Part shown: positions 9,262 through 17,269 of the stretch, piece after piece
Layout of the letters: each line of letters opens with the position of its first letter
Numbering within the stretch: the stretch's first letter is position 1
Assembly: GCA_051274975.1 (NCBI GenBank)
Contig: JBNMND010000003.1
Coordinates: forward strand, 1-44,545
Direction of reading: 5' to 3'
DNA length: 44,545 bases
Origin: Planctomycetota bacterium
GTDB taxonomy: Bacteria > Planctomycetota > UBA1135 > UBA2386
Notes under the pieces: model-generated
The model's database searches: none
What the model was told of the DNA's origin: nothing
The model's input: only the letters and a program-made list of their open reading frames with translations
Translations under genes and position numbers: made by a program

Positions 9262-10614
9262 GTGCTGCGTATCGCCCTTCTGCCCCTACTCGTCACGCCA
9301 CTGTTCGCCCAGTGGTCGCAAGTCGTCACGGCGACGACCCCCGGCCAAGTTCGCGACGGCGCGATGGCGTTTCACAACAGCAGCGGCAACACCGTTTTGT
9401 TTGGTGGCTGGCCTGCTCTGAGCACCACATGGTTGTACGACGGCGCCGACTGGACTAGTGCGTCGCCGGCGACGGTGCCGGCTGCACGCCGTGAGAACGC
9501 GATGGCTTCCGACTTTGCGCGCGGCGTGGTCGTGATGTTTGGTGGTGGCGGCGGGCTGTCTGACACCTGGGAGTGGAACGGTGCGGACTGGACTAACATG
9601 ACTCCGGCAGTGAGCCCGCCTGGTCGCCAAGGTCACGTGATGGCGTACGACGCGACGCGTGGCGTCACCGTTCTCTTTGGTGGCACGACGAACCCAAATG
9701 CACCGGCCGAGTTGTCCGATACGTGGGAATGGAACGGCACGACGTGGACGCAAGTCACGACGGCCAACGCACCGTTCGAGACCTCTTACTCGTGCATGTG
9801 CTTCGACATCAATCGCGGCGTCTGCGTGTTGACCGGCGGCACAAGCTTGTTTGGCGCGCCCGATCAAAGGACGTGGGAATATGACGGTGTCAACTGGGTG
9901 GACCGCACCACATCCGTCGGTCCAGCGCCGAGTGCGATCCCGGGTCTCGGCGTGCAGAACGCCAAGATCGTCTACGACAGCGTGCGCGGTGTTTCGATGC
10001 TGTATGGCGGTCGCACGCCGAACGGTACGTTCTCAGCGGACACGTTCGAATACGACGGCACTGCGTGGGCAATCGTCGCCAGTGGCACGCCGAGTTCGCG
10101 CACGCGCAACATGATGGCGTTCGACATGACACGCGGCGTGCCGATGATCTACGGCGGCTTGACCGGCAACTTCCAAACGTGGTTTACCGAGACGTGGGAA
10201 TACAGCGCGGGGGTTTCGGCTTCCTACGCGATGTTCGGTGCGGGTTGTGCAGGCGCCAGTGGCGTGCCGAGCAATACCGCTTCGGCGCTGCCTGTTTTGG
10301 GCACGACGATGGTGATCGACATCGGCAACATGCCGGCGCCTGAGTTGATGGTCATGGTGCTTGGTCTTGGCACCATCAGTCCTTCGGTGGACCTTGGCTT
10401 CCTCGGTGCAGCTGGTTGCCCGGCACACGTCAATCCGGATGTGCTGCAGCTGATCTCCGGTGCTGCTGGTTCGGCGTCGTTCAGTCTGGCTGTCCCGGCA
10501 ACGCCGGCGCTGTCTGGTTTCGAACTGCACACGCAGGCGATTGTGGTTGATGCCGCGGCCAACGCGTTTGGCGGTGTTGTGTCCGACGCCGCTACGGCGA
10601 CGGTCGGCCTGTAA
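9262..10614 (+). CDS. Secreted Kelch-like beta-propeller protein with a distinct C-terminal domain
   Basis: Repeats of the form MAYDxxRGVxVLFGG...DTWEWNG, about 6 copies. Signal peptide from GTG 9262 with GGAG upstream. Confidence 0.8.
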   Translation: MLRIALLPLLVTPLFAQWSQVVTATTPGQVRDGAMAFHNSSGNTVLFGGWPALSTTWLYDGADWTSASPATVPAARRENAMASDFARGVVVMFGGGGGLSDTWEWNGADWTNMTPAVSPPGRQGHVMAYDATRGVTVLFGGTTNPNAPAELSDTWEWNGTTWTQVTTANAPFETSYSCMCFDINRGVCVLTGGTSLFGAPDQRTWEYDGVNWVDRTTSVGPAPSAIPGLGVQNAKIVYDSVRGVSMLYGGRTPNGTFSADTFEYDGTAWAIVASGTPSSRTRNMMAFDMTRGVPMIYGGLTGNFQTWFTETWEYSAGVSASYAMFGAGCAGASGVPSNTASALPVLGTTMVIDIGNMPAPELMVMVLGLGTISPSVDLGFLGAAGCPAHVNPDVLQLISGAAGSASFSLAVPATPALSGFELHTQAIVVDAAANAFGGVVSDAATATVGL

Positions 10615-10734
10615 GTACCGCCCCAACGTGCTGCAGGTGCGCGTCGCCGGGCCAATTGCCCGTGACGTGTCCCACAGCAGTCCCGTCTGGGGCTTGTGGT
10701 GTGAGGCGGCGACGGCTTACCGTTGTCGGTCACC

Positions 10735-11925
10735 ATGAATCGCCTTCTCCTCGGAGCAGCCAGCTGCGCGCTACTGATCTCTTGTGACGTTTTCGCCCAA
10801 GGCGGTGGTGGCCAACCCCGCCGCGGCATCAATGTCGCGCGCATGGTGGAGCGCTACGATGCCAACAAGGATGGCAAGCTGACCAAGGAAGAGGTTGGCG
10901 AAGGCCGCGTGTGGGATCGCCTTTTGCGAGCCGACAAAGACGAAGACGGCACCCTCACCAAGAAAGAGATGGAGTCGATGAGCGGCGGCGGCGGCGGTCG
11001 TGGCCGCGGCGGTGAGGCGACGTGGAAGTTCTTGCAGGAGAAATACGACGCTGACAAGAACGCCAGCATCAGCGCTGCGGAGTACACGCGCGACAAGGCT
11101 ACGTTCACGCGTTTGGACAAGGACAAGGACGGCGCGCTGACCGCCAAGGATTGGGCCGGTGGCGGCGAGCGCCAGCGTGGCAATCGTCAGCGCGGCAATC
11201 GTCAGCGCGGCGAAGGCGGCGGTAGGACTCGCAGCGGGGCTCCCGAAGCCGGAGATAAGGCTCCCGACTTCACGTTGACGTTCGTCAAGGACGGTAAGAA
11301 GTCGGTCAAGCTGTCGGACTACAAGGGCGACAAGCCGGTCGCTTTGGTGTTTGGGAGCTGTACTTGACAACCCTTTGTTAGCTCAGCTGGTCAGCTGAGC
11401 GATCTCTACTCGGACTTCTCCAAGGATGTTCAGTTCTTCCTGGTCTACTGCCGCGAAGCGCACCCGATCGATGGCAACCGCCCCGGTCGCGCGGCGGTCG
11501 AGGATCCGATCACAGACGCCGAACGTCGCGGCGTCGCTGCAAAGTTTGTTGCCGACATGAACCTGGCGATACCCGCGTTGTTGGATGGTGTCGACGATGC
11601 TGTCGGTCGCGCCTATATGTCGCATCCCGATCGCCTCTATTTGATCGGCAAGGATGGTCTGATCGCGTACGCCGGCGATCGAGGACCGGTCGGTTTCAAA
11701 CCACGCGAGTTGCGTGAAGCGATCGAAGACGAGTTGATGCTCAATACGTCGAAGGCGCTGCCGGCTGCGACGTCCCTGCGCGACGTTCTCGATGCCAATC
11801 GCGATGGCGTGTTGTCGATCGAAGAGTTGGCCAATGCCACGGAGGTTCTGCGCACTCTCGACAAGAATGGCGACGGCAAGTTGACCGGTGACGAGTTGCC
11901 TTTGGCCAAGACGCGTAAGCTGTAA
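10735..11925 (+). CDS. Secreted EF-hand / iodothyronine deiodinase-like selenoprotein (Sec at TGA 11365-11367, residue 211 of 396)
   Basis: Track ORFs 10723..11367 and 11557..11925 share one frame with a single TGA. Readthrough gives APDFTL...KPVALVFGSCT-U-QPF...FFLVYCREAHPIDG...AYMSHPDRLYLIGKDGLIAYAGDRGPVGF, the deiodinase signature set. Six EF-hand-like loops; signal peptide. Confidence 0.92.
11170..11211 (+). repeat. 15-nt tandem repeat encoding RQRGN-RQRGN-RQRG linker
   Basis: cgccagcgtggcaat cgtcagcgcggcaat cgtcagcgcggc. Confidence 0.8.
11365..11403 (+). promoter_or_regulatory. Putative bacterial SECIS element
   Basis: Perfect stem GCTCAGCT-GGTC-AGCTGAGC (11381-11400) begins 13 nt after the TGA. 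Its G-starting apical loop is 21 nt from the TGA. Confidence 0.8.
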
Positions 11926-12045
11926 CGCGTAACGTCGGGATGGTCTTTTTGCCGAGGAAGTGAGCTTGCCAGTGTGCGTGCAGATTGTCTCCGCGTTGTA
12001 TCAGTAGCGCGTTCGAACGGAGACGCCCGCGCTAAGCGAGCAGCA

Positions 12046-13416
12046 ATGAGACGACCAATGAGCAATGGCGTGACAGCTACGGTTGCGTTCACCCTGACCC
12101 TTCTGGCGACGGCGTGCGGAGGCGTTGGTGGCAGCGCTAGCGTCCCCGATTCGGTGCCCGATCCGGTGCCCGGCGCGGCCCAGCTGGCCAACGTGCTGCT
12201 GGCGGAAGGCGTTGGCTCACAGCCAGCGGTGCCGACCGTTAGCGACGAGTTGTTCGCGCTCGGTTCTGCGCTGTTCTTCGACAAGATCTTGTCGGGCAAC
12301 AACGACGTGTCGTGTGCGACATGTCACTGGCCTGAGTTGTCTGGCGCGGATGAGCGCACGCTGCCACGCGGTGTTGGCGGCATCAACTTAGGCGTGGATC
12401 GCACCACTGGTAACATCATCCCGCGCAACAGCCCGACGGTGCTCAACGCACACTTGCTCGAGAAGGTGTTCCACGACGGCCGTATCGAGATCGACGGTGC
12501 TGACTTGGATACGCCTGCTGGTGCGGCGTTCACCGCGGGCATGCGCGCGGTGTTTGATCCGCAGTGGGAGTTGCTCGCGGCGCAAGCGCTGTTCCCGGTG
12601 ACCTCGCGCGAAGAGATGCGCGGGCAGAACGGCCAGAACGCAATCGCGAACCTTGGTGATGCGGACTTCGCTGGCATCTGGGATGCTTTGCGTGATCGTT
12701 TGGTCGCCTTCACCGGTTACCAAACGCTATTCTTGGCCGCGTATCCTGGCCTTTCAGGAATCGGTGACATCGAGTTCGAACACGCGGCTAACGCCCTCGC
12801 GGCCTTCGAAGTGCGCGCGTTTGGATTGACAGACAGTGCTTTCGAGCGGTTTGTTGATGGCGACGCCCAGGCGTTGACCGAGCAGCAGGTCAGCGGCGCG
12901 TTGGCGTTCTACGCACCGAACAGTTGCGCCCGGTGCCACTCCGGCTCAGGATTCACGGACAACGACTTCCACAACATCGGGTTGCCGCAGTTCGGGCCTG
13001 GTAAGGGCGATGGTGGCAGCGGTCTCGATGACTTCGGTCGCGAGCAGGTGACGGGTCAGGGCAACGATCGCTACGACTTCCGCACGGCACCGTTGTTGAA
13101 CATCGAGTTGACGGCACCGTATGGCCGTCTCGGCCAATACGACGACTTGCGCAGCATCGTGTTGCACTACACCGACACCACGCAGTTCCTCCAGAACTAC
13201 AGCATCCTCAACAACGTTACCGACCCGGATCTGCTCAGCACGCTGTTGGCGAACACCAACGATATCAGCACTCGAATTTCGAACCGCGTGCGCAACGCGC
13301 GCAACTTCGACGTCGATGAGGTTGTCGCGTTCCTGCAATCGTTGACGGCCGATTCCGCCCGAGACCTTAGTGCGCTGATCCCGGCCACGGTGCCGAGCGG
13401 TTTGTCTGTTCGATGA
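12046..13416 (+). CDS. Di-heme cytochrome c peroxidase / MauG-superfamily lipoprotein
   Basis: Heme motifs CATCH and CARCH; LFFDKILSGNNDVSC, PRNSPTVLN, FTDNDFHNIG, FRTAPLLNIELTAPY. Lipobox-like LLATAC. Start could be 12046 or 12058. Confidence 0.88.
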   Translation: MRRPMSNGVTATVAFTLTLLATACGGVGGSASVPDSVPDPVPGAAQLANVLLAEGVGSQPAVPTVSDELFALGSALFFDKILSGNNDVSCATCHWPELSGADERTLPRGVGGINLGVDRTTGNIIPRNSPTVLNAHLLEKVFHDGRIEIDGADLDTPAGAAFTAGMRAVFDPQWELLAAQALFPVTSREEMRGQNGQNAIANLGDADFAGIWDALRDRLVAFTGYQTLFLAAYPGLSGIGDIEFEHAANALAAFEVRAFGLTDSAFERFVDGDAQALTEQQVSGALAFYAPNSCARCHSGSGFTDNDFHNIGLPQFGPGKGDGGSGLDDFGREQVTGQGNDRYDFRTAPLLNIELTAPYGRLGQYDDLRSIVLHYTDTTQFLQNYSILNNVTDPDLLSTLLANTNDISTRISNRVRNARNFDVDEVVAFLQSLTADSARDLSALIPATVPSGLSVR

Positions 13417-13445
13417 ATTGAGCAAACGGCGCTATCGTCGCGGCC

Positions 13446-16400
13446 ATGAGGTTTTTCGTAGTCGCGGCGGTCTGCGCCGGTTTTGTTGCTGCTCAGGATG
13501 CTGCCAAAGATGGCGCGTCGTTGAGTTCGTCGACCCTTAGTGCACTCAAGTTCCGCGCCATTGGCCCGGCCATGTGCTCGGGCCGCATCGTTGATGTCGC
13601 GGTGGATCCAGTCGACGACTCGCGTTGGTTTGTCGCGACGGCATCCGGCGGGGTTTGGCGCACGACCAACAACGGCACGACGTTCGACCCGATCTTCGAG
13701 TCGCAGTCGTCGTATTCGATCGGCTGCGTCACGATCGATCCGAGCAACCGCCACACGGTTTGGGTTGGCTCGGGCGAGAACAACAGCCAGCGCAGCGTGT
13801 CGTGGGGCGACGGCGTCTACCGTTCGCGCGACGGCGGCAAGAGTTGGGACAACGTTGGCCTCAAGGACAGCGAGCACATCGGCCGCATCGCCGTCGATCC
13901 CTATGACAGCGACACCGTGTGGGTTGCTGCGCAGGGGCCGTTGTGGCGCAGTGGCGGTGATCGTGGCGTCTACAAGACGACCGACGCGGGTGCGACGTGG
14001 CAGCATGTTCTCAAGATCAGCGACGACACGGGTGCCAATGAAGTGCATCTCGATCCGCGTGATTCCAACGTTGCCTACGCGAGTGCCTACCAACGTCGCC
14101 GTCACGTTTGGACGCTGATCGATGGTGGGCCGGAGTCGGCGATCTACAAAACTACTGATGGTGGCGCGACGTGGCGCAAGCTCACGAAGGGACTGCCGAA
14201 GGTCGACATGGGCCGTATCGGTATGGCGATCTCGCCGGCCAACCCCGACGTGCTCTATGCGATTGTTGAAGCGCAGCGCGGCAAGGGTGGCACGTTCCGT
14301 TCGCTCGATCGCGGCGAGAGCTGGAGCAAGGTTAGCGACAAAGTTTCGTCGAGCCCGCAGTACTACAACGAACTGCTGTGCGACCCAAATGACGTCGACA
14401 CCGTCTACTGCCTCGATACCTACACGTCGCGTTCGCGCGATGGCGGCAAGACCTGGGACAATATCGGCAACAAGCATCGCCACGTCGATGACCATGCCTT
14501 GTGGATCGACCCACGCAATCCTAACCACCTGCTGATCGGTGGCGATGGCGGCCTGTTCGATACATGGGACGGCGGCGCCAACTGGGACTTCAAAGAGAAC
14601 TTGCCGCTGGCGCAGTTCTATCGAGTCAGTGCGGATCAAGCCGAGCCGTTCTACAACATCTACGGCGGCACCCAGGACAACAACTCGATGGGCGGCCCGT
14701 CGCGCACGACGAGCCTCGCGGGTATCACCAACGAAGATTGGTTCGTGACGGTTGGCGGTGACGGCTACGAAGCCGTGGTCGACCCGACCAACCCGGACTT
14801 GGTCTACACGCAGTGGCAATACGGCGGCTTGGTGCGGCACGACCGGAAGAGCGGCGAGAACACCGACATCAAACCGCGGCAGGCTCCCGGCGAAGCGCCG
14901 ATCGTGTGGAACTGGGATTCGCCGTTGATGATCAGTTCGCACAGCTCGGCGCGCCTCTACTTCGCTGGCGATCGCTTGTTCCGCAGTGATGATCGCGGCG
15001 ACACGTGGACGACGATTAGTGGCGATCTGACGCGCAACCTCGATCGCGACTTACTCAAGGTTATGGGCCGCGTGCAAGACGTGGATGCAGTCGCGAAAAA
15101 CGCCTCGACGTCGGTCTATGGCAACTGCGTATCGCTGAGCGAATCGCCGATCGACGAGAACGTGCTCTACGTCGGTTCTGACGATGGCCTCGTGCATGCG
15201 TCTCGCGACGCTGGTGAGAGCTGGACCAAGATCGCGACGTTCCCCGGTGTTCCGGATGAGAGCTACGTCAGTCGTCTCGAGGCTTCGCGTCATCAGAAGG
15301 GACGTGTCTACGTGGCGTTCAGCAACCACAAGAACGGTGACTTCAAGCCGTATTTGCTGGTCAGCGAGGACTACGGCGCAACTTGGGAGCCGTTGATGAA
15401 GACGCTGCCCAAAACAGATGTGGTTTGGTCGCTAGCCGAAGATCACGAGCAGTCGAACCTGTTGTTCTGCGGCACCGAGTATGGCATCTACGTCTCCCTC
15501 GATGCAGGCACCAACTGGATCCGCATGAAGAGCGGCTTGCCGACGGTTGCCGTGCGCGACATCGAAATCCAGCGTCGCGAGAACGACCTGATCCTCGGCA
15601 CGTTCGGTCGCGGCTTCTACGTGTTAGATGACTACTCCGCGTTGCGCACGCTGTCCGAGAAGCTGTTGGAGCAACCGGCTCATCTGTTTGCCGTTCGCAA
15701 GGCGCCGCTCTACATCCAGCGCAGTCGCCTCGGTCTCAACACCGGCCTTGGAACGCAGGGTTCTACCTTCTACCACGCTGACAATCCCGACTACGGCGCG
15801 ATCCTGACGATGTACCTTCGCGATGGCTTTGACACGCTCAAGGAGCAACGCGAAGCCGCGCAGGCGAAGGCACGCAAGGATGGCTTAGTCTATCCGTTCC
15901 CGAGCGACGACGCGGTGCGCGCTGAGGATGCGGAAGACAAGGCCGCGGTGTTCGTGACCATCAAGGACAGCGCTGGCGGACTCGTGCGGCGTATCGATGT
16001 GCCGCGTAAGAAGGGCATGCACCGCATCGCGTGGGATCTTCGTTACGCGAAGGCGACCAAGATCGTGCTCGGTAAGCCTGGTCCCGATTCTCCGTGGTCG
16101 AATCCCGACGCGGGGCCGTTGGTGTTGAGTGGCAAGTTCACGGCGACGCTCGAGCGCGAAGTTGCGGGCGATGTCGCCGTGCTCGCTGGCCCGGTGACGA
16201 TTGAAGTTGCCGCTCTCAACCTCGCGACTCTGCCGGCTGCCGATCGTGCCGATGTGTTGGCGTTCCAAAAGAGGGTGGTCGAACTTCGCCGCGCTGTGCG
16301 GGCGTCGAACCGCGTGCTTGGCGAATTGCAGTCGCGCGTCGACCACACCCGGGTGGCCATCCGTCGTAGTTCGGCGGACCCCGCGTTGCTCAAGGACGTC

Positions 16401-16718
16401 GTTAAGCTCGACACCGAGTTGCGCGAGTTGCGCACCAAGCTCAGCGGCGACCATTCGTTGAGCCGTCGCAGCAAGCCGGCCCCGATGTCGATCAACGAAC
16501 GCATCGAAAACGTCGCTGGGGCACAGCTTTACACGTCGTCGGTGCCTACCCAGACCGAACGGTTGGCCTACGGATTCGCGGCGGACGCGTTCGAGCCGGT
16601 GCTAGCGCGCCTGCGCAGCATCGCGACCGAGGCCCTGCCACGCATCGAGAACGCTGTCGAGCGCGCCGGCGCTGGCGATACGCCGGGCCGGTTGCCGGAT
16701 TGGCGTCGCAACAAGTAG
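13446..16718 (+). CDS. Secreted BNR/Asp-box (VPS10/sortilin-like) beta-propeller, putative glycosyl hydrolase
   Basis: FRAIGPAMCSGRI; many Asp-boxes (SRDGGKSW, TTDAGATW, SLDRGESW, SDDRGDTW); HVDDHALW; GGTQDN; C-terminal coiled-coil. Confidence 0.88.
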   Translation: MRFFVVAAVCAGFVAAQDAAKDGASLSSSTLSALKFRAIGPAMCSGRIVDVAVDPVDDSRWFVATASGGVWRTTNNGTTFDPIFESQSSYSIGCVTIDPSNRHTVWVGSGENNSQRSVSWGDGVYRSRDGGKSWDNVGLKDSEHIGRIAVDPYDSDTVWVAAQGPLWRSGGDRGVYKTTDAGATWQHVLKISDDTGANEVHLDPRDSNVAYASAYQRRRHVWTLIDGGPESAIYKTTDGGATWRKLTKGLPKVDMGRIGMAISPANPDVLYAIVEAQRGKGGTFRSLDRGESWSKVSDKVSSSPQYYNELLCDPNDVDTVYCLDTYTSRSRDGGKTWDNIGNKHRHVDDHALWIDPRNPNHLLIGGDGGLFDTWDGGANWDFKENLPLAQFYRVSADQAEPFYNIYGGTQDNNSMGGPSRTTSLAGITNEDWFVTVGGDGYEAVVDPTNPDLVYTQWQYGGLVRHDRKSGENTDIKPRQAPGEAPIVWNWDSPLMISSHSSARLYFAGDRLFRSDDRGDTWTTISGDLTRNLDRDLLKVMGRVQDVDAVAKNASTSVYGNCVSLSESPIDENVLYVGSDDGLVHASRDAGESWTKIATFPGVPDESYVSRLEASRHQKGRVYVAFSNHKNGDFKPYLLVSEDYGATWEPLMKTLPKTDVVWSLAEDHEQSNLLFCGTEYGIYVSLDAGTNWIRMKSGLPTVAVRDIEIQRRENDLILGTFGRGFYVLDDYSALRTLSEKLLEQPAHLFAVRKAPLYIQRSRLGLNTGLGTQGSTFYHADNPDYGAILTMYLRDGFDTLKEQREAAQAKARKDGLVYPFPSDDAVRAEDAEDKAAVFVTIKDSAGGLVRRIDVPRKKGMHRIAWDLRYAKATKIVLGKPGPDSPWSNPDAGPLVLSGKFTATLEREVAGDVAVLAGPVTIEVAALNLATLPAADRADVLAFQKRVVELRRAVRASNRVLGELQSRVDHTRVAIRRSSADPALLKDVVKLDTELRELRTKLSGDHSLSRRSKPAPMSINERIENVAGAQLYTSSVPTQTERLAYGFAADAFEPVLARLRSIATEALPRIENAVERAGAGDTPGRLPDWRRNK

Positions 16719-16773
16719 CGTCCGACAAGTCGATCCGGAATATCCCGTCAAGAACCCCGTCCCAGCACCCCCG

Positions 16774-17157
16774 ATGAAGCTCCCTACAAAACTGCTCTCT
16801 CTCTGCCTCGCAACCGCTTGCGCCATGTTGGCGAGTTGTGCCAGCACCACAAAGCAAGTCATCGCGAACGACTCCTACGTGTTGTCGATCGTCGACGACG
16901 CGGTCTCGGTGAGTTGCAAGTCGCCGATTCCCGTGTCGGAGTTTCTGAAAATGGCGCAGTTGGTTACCCACGGCAGATACACCTTCCATAGGGACGATGC
17001 CGACACCGAGGTCTCGTGGGTCGGCAACTTGACCTGTGATCGCACGGAGTTCAATGAGTTCGTGAAGACGATGCTCTACACCAAGGGGCTGGCGTTGGAG
17101 TCGCGGCAGCAAGGGGACAATGAGTTCTTCGAGGTTTGCGCCATCAAGCGCGGCTGA
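16774..17157 (+). CDS. Small lipoprotein, possibly a stand-alone secretin N0-like domain
   Basis: Lipobox-like MLASC. The PVSEFLKMAQLVTHGRYTF...EFVKTMLYTKGLAL pattern recalls GspD N0 domains (weak). Confidence 0.55.
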   Translation: MKLPTKLLSLCLATACAMLASCASTTKQVIANDSYVLSIVDDAVSVSCKSPIPVSEFLKMAQLVTHGRYTFHRDDADTEVSWVGNLTCDRTEFNEFVKTMLYTKGLALESRQQGDNEFFEVCAIKRG

Positions 17158-17269
17158 GGGGCGCGCCCGTCCCAAGTATGTCAACGCACCCGCGGATGCG
17201 GCGACGTGACCGGGATTGCGGCTTATCATCGCTGGCGTTCACCGCCGACCTGCGGTGTCTGCGTCCCCA

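Noticed and set aside
13197-14942. Long antisense ORFs (581 aa here; also 7821-8978, 24137-25378, 33336-34574, 38867-40192)
   Set aside because: Shadow ORFs opposite well-supported genes, expected with high GC3; no recognisable motifs.
13414-17157. TGA stops of the peroxidase (13414) and small lipoprotein (17155) as Sec codons
   Set aside because: The downstream genes are out of frame and the readthrough sequence is not protein-like.
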